Shown: piece after piece, positions 53,200-64,000 of the stretch
How the letters are laid out: each line of letters begins with the position of its first letter
Position numbering within the stretch: the stretch's first letter is position 1
Source: Felis catus
Taxonomy: Eukaryota
Assembly (NCBI RefSeq): GCF_018350175.1
Contig: NC_058374.1
Location: 79,546,001-79,610,000, forward strand
Reading direction: 5' to 3'
DNA: 64,000 nucleotides
Position numbers and translations under genes: made by a program
Notes under the pieces: generated by a model
What the model was told of the DNA's origin: nothing
Seen by the model: the letters and a program-made list of their open reading frames with translations, nothing else
Databases searched by the model: none

Positions 53200-56100
53200 T
53201 CAGATCTCCAGCAGGTTGCTCTGCTCTGGACTGCCTTCAGGGGCTTTCTCTGGGGGGGCCGGCGAAGCCGAAGGTCGGGGCGTCTGACTGGCCTCCTCTT
53301 CCCCCGCACTGCGGCCCTCCCCCAGTTCCTTGGGGCCGCTGGGAGGGGGCCCTGGGCCGGGCTCGCCGTGGGTACGCTGGTGCTTGCTCAGGTGGTCGCT
53401 TCGGGTAAAGCGCTTGGAGCAGAGCAGGCAGGTGAACTTCTTCTCCCGGGTGTGGGTGCGCACGTGGCGCTCCAGCTCGTCCGAACGGGTGAACCTCTTG
53501 CCGCAGAAGAGCCAGTTGCAGACGAAGGGCCTCTCGCCCGTGTGCCAGCGCAAGTGGGCCTTCAGGTGTGAGGCCTTGCCGTACACCTTGCCACAACCGG
53601 GGATGTGGCAGCTGTGGATGGGCTTCTTCCGCAGCCCAGCTGCCGCTGCCCCCAGGCGCTCTAGCTCCTGGCAGTTGGGGCAGTCGCAGGAGGAGCGCCC
53701 CGTTCCGCTGCCTCCGTATCCGCCACTGCCCCCTGTGCCTGCGCCCCGAGGGGGTTTGGCCCCACTGCTCCCCTCCAGCTGCCCGCTGTTGCTCACTGCC
53801 TTGGGTTTATAGACATCTTGGGGCAAGACGTGCTGGGGCCCTGGTTGCAGGAGGTGGGGAGCTGGGTAGGGAGCTGGATTAAGGGGGGCAAAGTCGGATG
53901 GGTAGGTGGGCAGCTGGGGGTTCAGCGGAGGCTGAGCAGGGCCTGTGGGCAGTGTCCCTTGCAGCCCATCACCCTGACCCTGCCCACCACCTAGCCAATT
54001 GCCCCCAGGATGCATGTCCCACCAAGGAGTAGGAGCGTTGCCTGGGCCCGGTGAGATGCCTGCGTGGATGCCTGCCTTGTACCAGGAGCCGTAGGGGTGT
54101 GCCATGTCCAGAGAGGTGTAGACACTGGGCAGGCAGTCAGAAGAGCTGTGGCCCTTGGGAACTAGCAGCCCAGGGTCCTGGGTGCCGGTGGGCCCAGGGA
54201 ATGAGTGGGAAAAGGGAGGGTAGTCATTGGCATAGCCCGAGGTGGGTGCCGGAGGACTGCCTGCAGGTGAGAGGAGCCCATTGGTGCTTGAAAAGGGGGC
54301 TGGGTAGGCATCCCCCATGGTTTTGGGGGCTGAAAGGTCACTGCCCACAGAGTATGGCTTCTTTGCGCCTGCTTTGCCCAGTGTCGTTGAGTCCCGCAGA
54401 GGGCTGGTGCCACCAAATTTGCTGCACGCCGCCGTCAGCATGGCCAGGGGACTGGAGCCATAGTGAGCTTCCTCCTGTGGACAGAGGGAAGCGCTGCTTA
54501 GGGAGAGGAGAAAGTGTAGAAGGAAGAGCAAAACCCTGGGGTGAGGCCCGGAGGCCTGGAGAGCAGAACCAAGGGGGTTCCAGGAAGAGTTCAAGAGGAT
54601 GGGAGGTGGAGGGGCCAGCCAAGAGCCCTGGGCCCCAGGGCAGAGCTCAGATGGTTTCACGGAAGGAGAGAGAGGTCCAGACTGCAGCCTAACAACCCGA
54701 CCCAGGAGGCAGGAGGCCGAGCTCACTGTGGAGTTCCTGGGGGGTTCCAGGGACTCAGAGGAACAGGAGACACTTCTTAAATAGCAACGAGAAGAGCCTG
54801 GGATGGACGCTGCACCTGGGTGAGGTGAGAATTAGGGGTCCTGCCCCTGGAAGTGGGTTCAGAGTAGAGGTCATGGTCCGAGACTTGGAGAGGAAAGATG
54901 AGTCTCAAAGAGACACATGGGGAGAAAGAGAAGTATTAGGGGACTGCAGTCACCCCCCCACACACACTCCAGGTTTTCTCAGCTTTACCCCCATATTCCA
55001 CTTCCTGTCTCTGCTTCAGCTCTTGACGAAGGCAGCGAGTGCCCCGGTCTCCCTGAGGCCACAGCCTCATGTAAGGAATAAGGAATCTCTTGGCAGGGAC
55101 TCTGGAGCTGGGGAGCAAGAGGAAGCGACGCGGAGACACTGGGACATTGAGAGGGAACAGGGCTGCCGCCAAGCCAGGACTGTGGCTGAGGCAAGAATGT
55201 CTTTCAAGCGGGCAGTGGGCACCCTCCTGCTTTGCGGAGCCAGCTGGTACCCCTTTGGGAAGGCTGGAGGGGCCCGAAGTCCTCACACTCCTCTGGGGCT
55301 GGGAATTGGGATGGCTAAGATATTGGCTCATGGCCATGCCCCTCCATGTCCAGTGTCCCCTAACATGTAGCCCTCATGTAGCTGATCTCTCGACACCCTT
55401 CCAGCCCCGTGAGTGAAGGAAGATATATAGATGTGAGGCACGGGGCTCTTTTCCAAGCACAAGACGCCCTTAATACCCATCATGCTACTGCTACCTGGCC
55501 AAACCACCCTGAGGTTCCCATCCCTCGGGAACTCGTGGTACCCCTCCCTGGGTCAACCTCAGGACACCCCAGGAGGAGAAGATTCCCTCCAGAATCTCTG
55601 ACTGGTACAGACATCCATACTGAGAACCCCACCCAAAAAGATGCCCTCAAAAGCTGGCCCTGTACAGTTCCCCGACTGGGGTCCTCAAAAGCTGATGTAC
55701 CCGGTGCTTTCCCAGGAAAGCTAAAAAAGAACCCAAGCATCTAAGACCTGCCCGGTCCCTCCGAGCATGCGGTTTGTGTGTGTGACACCAATCCTACAGG
55801 TAGGTCTGGGGTTTTAAGGTTGCAGTGAGGGGTGTGTGCAGTCATCACCCCTGTGCTGCTCCCCAAGTGCAAACCTGAGGCCCCCGCCCTGCCCAGTTAC
55901 CTCTCTCTGAAGTCCTGTTGACCCCACGGACTCCTCCCAAATTTGAGCCACCAAAACCTTCCTCAAATCTGGCTACGGGAAAAGCCCTGGGTCCTCCCCA
56001 GCCAAAGTTTCCCTGGAGTCTTCCAAGCAGAGGGTAGGCTGAGGCAGGGAAGCCGGCGCAGGAGTCAAATCCTAGCAGAACGAAGAGGGAAAAACATGCA

Positions 56101-57938
56101 GTGCCAAGGGGAGAGGCAGAGACCCAGAGCCGAGAGGAGCAAAGGACCCTGCACAGGGTGAGGCACAGACATAAAAGCCACCGGGGGTGGGGGAAGGGGA
56201 GGCAGAGGGGAAAACTGGCATCAAGGGGCAGAAATGGGCAGAAACCCAAAAGAGCAGGAAGGTGAAAAGACAAAGGGCAGGGAGAGAGAGGAAAAGGAGA
56301 ATAAACAAAGAGGTGATGGAGAGAGACTGGGCTCGGAAGGCAGGAAGGCGGAGGAAAACAGAGGGAAAGAAAGGAGGAAGAAAAAATAAAGTGGAAGGGG
56401 GAGAAGGAGGAGGAGGAGGAGGAGGAGGAGGAGGAGGAGGAGGACAGATCTCCTACCTAAGAGAAAACCACCATGATGCTGGGCCCCAGAAAACCCCCAG
56501 ACCAGGCCACTCCTCCCTCCTTCTCCCCCTGACCGCTTCTCCCCCTCGGCCCAGCCCGGCTCCGTTGGTTTCCCTGCGGTCGGTTTATTTTTAAAAACGC
56601 CGACGCCGTCCCCCCCCGCCCGGCCCTCACACTGTGGCCACAGGGGCCTCAGCCAAGCCCAGGGACCCCACCCAGCTGGGGAGAAGGAAGGAGGGGTGAA
56701 AGAAGGCTAGCAGCCCCAGGCCAACAGGAGACCCCAGCCCTGGAGTGGTGGCCCCCAGGGCCCCTGAGGGCAGAGAAGGGGGAGCAAGGCACCAGACCCA
56801 CTCGGAAGGTTCTGGAGGCCAAGAGCCGGGCACCTGGCTAGGTTCATCAGAGCCTCAGTTTCCCTTCTGTGGCTGCTTGTGTGCTCCTAAGGGGGTCCTA
56901 CATATGCACCCCCATACCTGATCAAATGTATCACCTTCCTGGGCGCCCAGGGGTCCCACCTTCCGGTTGTTTTTCTTCCGACCTCTGCCCCCCCACCTTC
57001 CGCTAAAACAATAAAAGCAGGCTTCAAGTACTGAAAAGGAGTCTCCAGAGAAAGAACAAGGAGCTGTCCCAACTCTCTCACTCCTACATGCAGCCAGGGA
57101 AGGGGGCCCCCTTTTTCCGGGGAGCTCACAGTGCCGGGCTGACCTCTTGCGGAAGCTCACGCTACATCTGAGGACCAGCTGGCCATCCACTCTGGGCACA
57201 CACGGTCCTGGGTTCCAGTTCTCCATTTCAGCCACCGCCATGTTGTCTGGTTCTCCCCACTTGCAATTCTCCCTGCCCACCTGGCCCGCACCCCCCTTCC
57301 TCCCTCTGGCCTCTTCCCCTGCAGTTCATTCAGCCCAGGTGATCCTCTCATCAGACAGCAGCCGTTTCCCTCTCTGAACCTCCAAGTTCTTCCCACCACC
57401 AGAGAGCCCACCTATACCAGGCAGAGGGCTTCCTGGGTGGGTGAAGGGGACAATTGAGGGCCCCAGTGCCCCAAGAGTAGGAGAAACAGACAGAAGGACT
57501 GGAGTGCCTTTGTGTCGGGGGCATCTCCAGCTCACAAGGAGTGAGGGACATGAAAAGCCCAGAAGTGCTACCCCGATCCTGTGTCTTTCCAACAGGCCTC
57601 TGGGCCAGCCCCTCCCCCCCAGGCACCAGTGCCACGCTGGCAACCTGGCGTGGTGCCCACGCCCACTGACACTGCCCCTGCCCTGGATGGACCCAGGATC
57701 CCCACACACCTTGGTCCCGGAACTTCCTCAAGACCAACCGCAGTGTTTCAATGACGGCTCGATATAGAGTCCAGTGGGAAAATGGCAGGGTCAGAGATCT
57801 GCCCTCGTTGCAACAGGAAGTAGAGCACAACACCTGGGGACCCCGACTGGATACGGAGCAGTGACGAGAGACATCGTGTCCACACCACTGGCTTGCATGC
57901 CATTCCCTCAAACTCAGTCACAAACTCACCATTCCCGG

Positions 57939-57982
<44 letters not shown>

Positions 57983-59335
57983 TCTTCACTTGGACGACCA
58001 GATGCTCAGATGGCCCAGCTGATACACATACGCACACACCTGTGCTCGCACGGAGCCAGCCATGCATAAGCAGGCACGCTGGTTTCCATCCGAGCACTTC
58101 CGCCCAGGCCAGTGAACACAGGTGTTAAAAAAGATTTTCGCTCGGGTCTCACACACATCTCTCCTGGAGGCTGAATGAATCCGCTTCCTGGTCAGCCCAT
58201 CACCCCTGGGACCTGAGCTAGGGCACTGAGAGCAGAAATGGGGGCTTCTGAGGGGCCTGTGAATATGGAAAGTTCAAGGCTACTGAAGGTGGCTGACCTG
58301 AAGGGTGGGCTGTCGGCCCCAAACTCCTGTGGAGGGACCCAGAAAACAGGACAGAGATGATGACAGAGAAACAGAGTCAGAGACCCAGAAGCCAGGAGAA
58401 CTCAGGACATTCTCAGTGGCTTTGAGTGGCTATGAGTCCTTCCTTTCCAACTATGCACCTGGAGTCTCCCCCTGCCCCCGCTGGTAGAGTCCGTGATTTC
58501 TCAAGACCCCCAAACCTGACCTCCATGGTACCCTAGCGCCCTCCAACCCCAGTGCCGAAGGCAAGGGATGCCGGGGTCCCAGGCTGTAGGGGAAGTGGCC
58601 CAGTCCGCCCTGGAGCCTCCCACTCCCAAAATAGAGCTGAGTTTGTCTTTGGCTGAAAGCTAAATATTTGTGAGCCGGGCAGGCGGCCTCAGACCCTGGC
58701 CCTCCTCCTTGCTTCCCTCTCAGGCCCGGGCCCAGTTCCTCTGGTCAGCCCCCCCACATGCACAGGGCTGCCCTTCTCCCTTCTCTCATAACTCACCTCT
58801 TCCCCTACACACCCCGCCCCGAGGCCCAGCCCCTGCCCACCTACAAACCAGACAAGCTGTGGCCCAGGCTCAGGCCAGGAGCTCCCGGATATGGGACCCC
58901 CAAGGCACTAATACCAAGTGTAGTGCCTGGTGCCCACCGCACCAGCCCTCTCACTCTCTCCCCCTGTCTGTGAGGGCTGACTCATCTCCTACCCCTCCTC
59001 TTCCTCCTTTCTCCATCCCTGTCCACTCCTCGGGGTTGGCGTGTGCTGTGGACCTCGGAGGTCCATGCCTTCTTCTGACCTGGCCCCTCTCATCTTCCTT
59101 TGACAGCTCTCTGACCCCTGGCCCCTCTCTCTCCAGCCCTTCCTCCTGCCCTCTGCTCCCCCCTCTGAGCCCTGTCCTCTCTCCTCATCAGAGGGACCCT
59201 GGAAGTGACAAGCACCACAGCCACTGTCTGTGTGAGTTGGGAGGCAGGGGGCGGGGAGGGATTAGGACCATTAGGACCGTTGCTGGTGTCCTGGGGGGAG
59301 GAGGGGGCAGTTACCTCAAGCAGGGAGGACGCCAT
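53200..59335 (-). CDS. SP7: Sp7 transcription factor (Osterix), 431 aa, 2 coding exons
   Basis: Coding exon 59315-59335 (MASSLLE|gtaact) plus 53200-54474 (cag|[22 protein letters not shown]...) = 1296 nt. Sp box [10 protein letters not shown], buttonhead box CDCPNC, three C2H2 fingers ([31 protein letters not shown]...). Ends SNLLEI*. Confidence 0.98.
56407..56443. repeat. (GGA)n microsatellite in SP7 intron
   Basis: About 12 GGA units. Confidence 0.95.
57943..57981. repeat. (CA)n microsatellite in SP7 intron
   Basis: About 19 CA units. Confidence 0.95.
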
Positions 59336-59849
59336 CCTGAGGCTGGGGAACGGGTCCCAAGGAGCTAGGCAGATGGAGAGAGCCAGCCGAGCCGGAGAGA
59401 GAGGGAGAGGGAGAGGGAGGGAGAATGGGAGAATGGGAGAGAAGAGATCTAAAGTTAGAAGGGACTGGGGGGNNNNNNNNNNNNNNNNNNNNNNNNNNNN
59501 NNNNNNNNNNNNNNNNNNNNNNNNNNNNNNNNNNNNNNNNNNNNNNNNNNNNNNNNNNNNNNNNNNNNNNNNNNNNNNNNNNNNNNNNNNNNNNNNNNNN
59601 NNNNNNNNNNNNNNNNNNNNNNNNNNNNNNNNNNNNNNNNNNNNCAAACAGGGCTCCAGGGAAGGGGTGGAAGCAGGAGGAGGGTAGGACCCTGGGCAAG
59701 TTGTCAAGTGTCTGTCCTGGGTTGGGGGGGGGGGGTTGCTGAAGGGGAAGGGTGGAAGGGACGGTGGGCCCAGGTGTCCCACACCCTGCCCCCAGCAATC
59801 CCATAGACCTCCGCGGGAACCCCTCCCAGGGCTGCCCAGTGTCATGTAC

Positions 59850-60078
59850 CTGGGGGGCTCTGGGGCTGGGTGTCCTGGGTGTCTCCTCCTTGGAGGTCTG
59901 GCAGTGGGAGTGCAGGCAAGGGGTGGCCTGAGGGCCCCAGGAGGGCTCCGCTCCTCTCCCAGGCCAGCTCCACTCCTGCTCCCACTCGGGCTGCGATCCT
60001 ACAATCCTACTCTGACTCCAGAGTCCTGGCTGCTGCTGCTGCCGCCGCTTCTGCTGCCGCCGCTCCTACTGCTGCTGA
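59850..60078 (-). other. SP7: Probable upstream non-coding first exon of SP7 (5' end runs into an N gap)
   Basis: Minus-strand donor CCCCCCAG|GTACAT at 59850/59849. Sequence resembles the recalled human SP7 5'UTR (GGACTCTGGAGTCAGAGTAGGA...). (CNG)n tract at 60028-60077. Confidence 0.65.
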
Positions 60079-63000
60079 NNNNNNNNNNNNNNNNNNNNNN
60101 NNNNNNNNNNNNNNNNNNNNNNNNNNNNNNNNNNNNNNNNNNNNNNNNNNNNNNNNNNNNNNNNNNNNNNNNNNNNNNNNNNNNNNNNNNNNNNNNNNNN
60201 NNNNNNNNNNGCACTCACGGACAAACACAGGATGATACATGCACACGTCCGCACACACAGCACTGCCCACACGGCCACAGCCGCTGTCATGAATGAACAC
60301 AGGCACACTCACACTCAAATGAGCCCAGGGACATGGCTGGAGGTGCACACACCACACATACACCCGAGCTGACCACAGAGATGCTTGCGTCCCCCGTCAC
60401 CCACCTCTAGATCAGGAGAACAGTGTGTGTGCGAGTGTGTTGTGAGAGACAGGAGGGGGGCCGTGCTCTGGGTGGAGGCTGCAGCTGCCCAAACTTTTAG
60501 GGTCACCGAGGCAGGTTCCAGAGCAAGGCCTGGAGGAAGGGGTGGAGAGGGGGAGGAAGGCTTGGCACAGGCTCAGGGGTTCCCCAATCTTCTTCCCAAT
60601 GCCTCAGTTTCACTCCTAAGAAAGTACCACCTAGGCCTACCTCATTTTGTGGGGCAGAACCTGGATCTTCTGATTCTAAGAAAATTTCAGGTGGGAAGGA
60701 GTGAGGGTGGAGGTAGAAGTTCATTGGATCAACTCATCCATGCTCGAACCTTGCCCCTTTGGATTAACTCCCAAAAAGATAAGCCCTAGCCTTCATCATT
60801 CCTTGCCAGTTACCATCCCTAAGCTCCTCTTGGCCACACGTCAAATCTCTATGCTTTGCTGGATAGTTCTTCTGAGTGATCATGCTCTCCTGGGAGAGAG
60901 CTCCCAGTTCTCTGTCTCACTGCCATGCATCAGTTCCCTCTGCAGCAGGCAGACTTGAAGTTAGAGCTTCGGCAGGACTTCCCATCTATGACTTCTCATC
61001 ACAAAGGGAAGAAAAGAAGGAAGGTCAACTAGGTTGGGTGAGGGAAACCCAAAAAGTCTTAATAATTGAAACCTGGGCCCTAAGGTAAGTTTATGAGAGA
61101 GAAGGGACTGGGCAGCCAATCGGTAGCATCTCTCCCACAGCGGGTTCCATGTCCATTAGTGAAAAGGAACCCCCCCCCAACTCCCCAACCCAGTTCTCTC
61201 ACTTTCTCCCCTGAGTGCCCACTGCCTAGCTTCTTTGGCTCCCACTGAGGAAAAGGTGGGGAAGAGGGAGAAGCGGACTGGAGGTTCAGGGAGGGTTAAG
61301 TGCAGTTTAATTAGCAGGCAGAATCAAAATTCAGGACCAGGACCAGGCATTTGGATTCCAGCCCCTTGATGTGAATTACCCCAAGCCAACCCTGGGGGCT
61401 CAGCATTTGGAGAAAGGGTTTAGGGAAACAGAGTGTCTGGCAGACANNNNNNNNNNNNNNNNNNNNNNNNNNNNNNNNNNNNNNNNNNNNNNNNNNNNNN
61501 NNNNNNNNNNNNNNNNNNNNNNNNNNNNNNNNNNNNNNNNNNNNNNNNNNNNNNNNNNNNNNNNNNNNNNNNNNACGGTGAGATACACAAAACAAATAAA
61601 ACAATCCAAGGGAATCAGAAGAGACGCTGTGGGACATAAAAGAGAAAGAGACAAGAGGGAAACAGAAGGCCAGGTGCTTGGCTTTAAAAAAAACAGAGAA
61701 CAGAAAAAAAGAAAAAGGAAAAGAAACAGGCCCAGAGGAACAAAGATAGAGACAATGGCTTGGAAGGACAGGACAGAAAAAAATAGCTGGAGGCATGGCC
61801 AGGTCTGGAGGAGGCAGAGGGTTAAGCGGCCAGGCAGGTGGGGGGCGGGGAGGGAGTATAAATAGCGCATAATTGTGTCCGATGATTACACATGGGCCAC
61901 CCCACCCGTCTGCCCAAGAGGAAGTGCCCGTGGTGGGGTGTCCCCTTGACCTCCCAGTCTCCCCCTGGTGGGGGCATCCGAGGCTGAGGTGCCAGATGGA
62001 CTTCTGGGGCCCCCCACTCAGAAACTGGGAATAAGAAGGGGAAGCTTTGGAGAAATTACTGCACAGCCAGTAGAAAAGCCTGAGACTAGTTAGATCAGGC
62101 AGGCAACTGAGGCAGAGGAGAAAAGTGTAGACTCCAGAACCGAGAAGAGCCGTGGCAGGTGAGAGAAGAGGTTGGGTCTCAGCCTACATTGGGGAAGAAA
62201 GGAAAGGACTGAACAAGGAAGGATGAATAGAGATGCAGGGTTGGGGAGAGGAGATGGGGGCAGAGGTCAACCTTCTCCACTTCCCTTGGGGGCTTTATCC
62301 CTAATTGTACCTGGGGAGGGACTGGAGTGCTAGGGAAGGAAAAGGAAGGAGCAAGTTTCCCAGAAATATGTCAGCCAGGGTCCCTGATGCGTCACCCCCA
62401 ATAGGATAGCGCCTGGACACAGAGCCCCCTCCCAAAGGCCGGTGCCAAAGCCAGGTAGAGGGGTTGCCTGAAGCCCCAGCTGCCTCCCTTGGGACCCTGG
62501 GTTCTGACTTTTTCCACACTCATTTAAAAGATAGTCCTACTGCCCAGCCGAGGCCCTGGTATTCCTGGGTCCAGACCCCTAACCCCCTTCCCAGTGCCCC
62601 CAGGGGGTAGGGGCAGCGACTGGGAGCCCTGACCAAGGACCTGCCNNNNNNNNNNNNNNNNNNNNNNNNNNNNNNNNNNNNNNNNNNNNNNNNNNNNNNN
62701 NNNNNNNNNNNNNNNNNNNNNNNNNNNNNNNNNNNNNNNNNNNNNNNNNNNNNNNNNNNNNNNNNNNNNNNNNNNNNNNNNNNNNNNNNNNNNNNNNNNN
62801 NNNNNNNNNNNNNNNNNNNNNNNNNNNNNNNNNNNNNNNNNNNNNNNNNAGATGGACGCCCCTGAAGGAAGGGGTGGGATGGTGCCTTTCTGATCTCTCA
62901 ACCCCAGGACTGGGCTGAACCACAGGACCGCTCCCTTCCCTCCCTCCCCTGGAAGAATCAGGGTGGGATTTCTAGGTTAGAGGGGTTGAATCCGGAACCT

Positions 63001-63365
63001 GCCTCAGTTCTCTCTAATGGTTTGGGATCATTTGGAAAGACTGGGGGGTGGGATGGGGTGAGGTGGAGAGAGAGTGAAAACTAGGCAGAGTGGAAGACTG
63101 CTTATCCCCCTACTCCTTAAGGAAGCTGCCTCCTTCCACACCCACTGCCCGCTGCTCACCCTCCTAGACCAGGCTCCCTCTGACAGCCGTAAGCCAAAGG
63201 GACTCCTAACCCTTTCCTGTTGTTGTTATAGAAGGTTTGGCTACCCTAGAATCACCCATGAACAGCTAACAGAGCCCCTGGAATACATCCACATACCCTA
63301 ATACATACCTAATGAGTGACACACTTTTAGATACACGCTCACACACATGCTGAGTTATGAACATA

Positions 63366-63930
63366 TACTGACCCTTGAACAATGCAAGGGTTGGAGGTGC
63401 CAACCCCCTCACAGTCGAAAACCAGCATATAACTTTTGATTCCCCCCAAACTTAACTACCGATAGCCTACTGTGGAACCTGAAGACTTCCCCATAACATA
63501 AAGTCAGTCAACACAGATTTTGTATGTTATATGTATTATAGACTTGTATGTATTCTTACAATAAAGTAAGCTAGAGTAAAGAAAATGTTATTAAGAAAGT
63601 CATAAGGAGGGGCGCCTGGGTGGCTCAGTCGGTTGAGCGTCCGACTTCGGCTCAGGTCATGATCTCGCGGTCCATGAGTTCGAGCCCCGCGTCGGGCTCT
63701 GTGCTGACCGCTCAGAGCCTGGAGCCTGTTTCAGATTCTGTGTCTCCCTCTCTCTCTGCCCCTCCCCTACTCATGCTCTGCCTCTCTTTCTGTCAAAAAT
63801 AAATATTAGAAAAATTTAAAAAAAAAGTCATAAGGAAGAGAAAACATACGTTTGTACTGGGCTGTAAGAAAAATGGGTGTATAAATGGACCCACACACAG
63901 TGCAAACCCATGTTGTTCAAGGGTCCACTG
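63366..63930. mobile_element. Tigger2a-like (TcMar) DNA transposon with a CanSINE inserted at 63609-63823
   Basis: TIRs ctgacccttgaacaa (63368-63382) and ttgttcaagggtccactg (63913-63930). Internal gtaagctagag..aagaaaatgttattaagaaa.tcataagga. SINE TSD aaagtcataagga at 63596-63608 and 63824-63836. Confidence 0.85.
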
Positions 63931-64000
63931 ACTAACTACTCCATAGGCACCCACACTGATACACACCTATATATCTAGCTCTATATAGATGATGTTTGTA

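Noticed and set aside
54475-54726. 84-codon N-terminal extension of the SP7 ORF in the track (508 aa)
   Set aside because: Starts at GTG inside the intron. The acceptor at 54474 with the MASSLLE exon gives the canonical 431 aa.
59261-59278. Direct repeat ATTAGGACC x2 just inside the SP7 intron
   Set aside because: A single 9-bp tandem duplication is common, and nothing else here supports a function.

Overview
Mammalian genomic DNA, most likely a felid/feliform carnivore: it is dense in tRNA-derived CanSINEs of the SINEC_Fc type. The window holds the conserved ESPL1(+) - PFDN5(+) - MYG1(+) - AAAS(-) - SP7(-) gene block. I traced all five coding structures by hand through GT-AG junctions with consistent reading phase. 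ESPL1/separase has 31 exons and about 2112 aa, with exon 10 hidden in an N gap. PFDN5 is 154 aa with one U12-type intron. MYG1 has 7 exons, with parts of exons 3 and 6 in gaps. AAAS/ALADIN has 16 exons and 546 aa. SP7/Osterix is 431 aa. There are about 45 CanSINE copies or fragments (several nested, with visible TSDs), plus L1, L2/MIR, MER5/MER3 and a Tigger2-like element, and 12 short N gaps. I found no convincing new gene or wholly novel system. The best candidates are: (i) an orphan CpG island between SP7 and AAAS with an inverted TCF/LEF pair and SoxE-type palindromes; (ii) the AAAS stop codon expanded into (TAA)10 and fused to its poly(A) signal, facing a MYG1 stop that also overlaps AATAAA; (iii) a (GGGGCC)4 repeat encoding a lengthened separase RG motif, next to a deletion beside the autocleavage site; (iv) a degenerate 15-16 nt repeat array in the SP7 3'UTR. 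Cross-species comparisons come from memory of the human orthologs and need checking by alignment.
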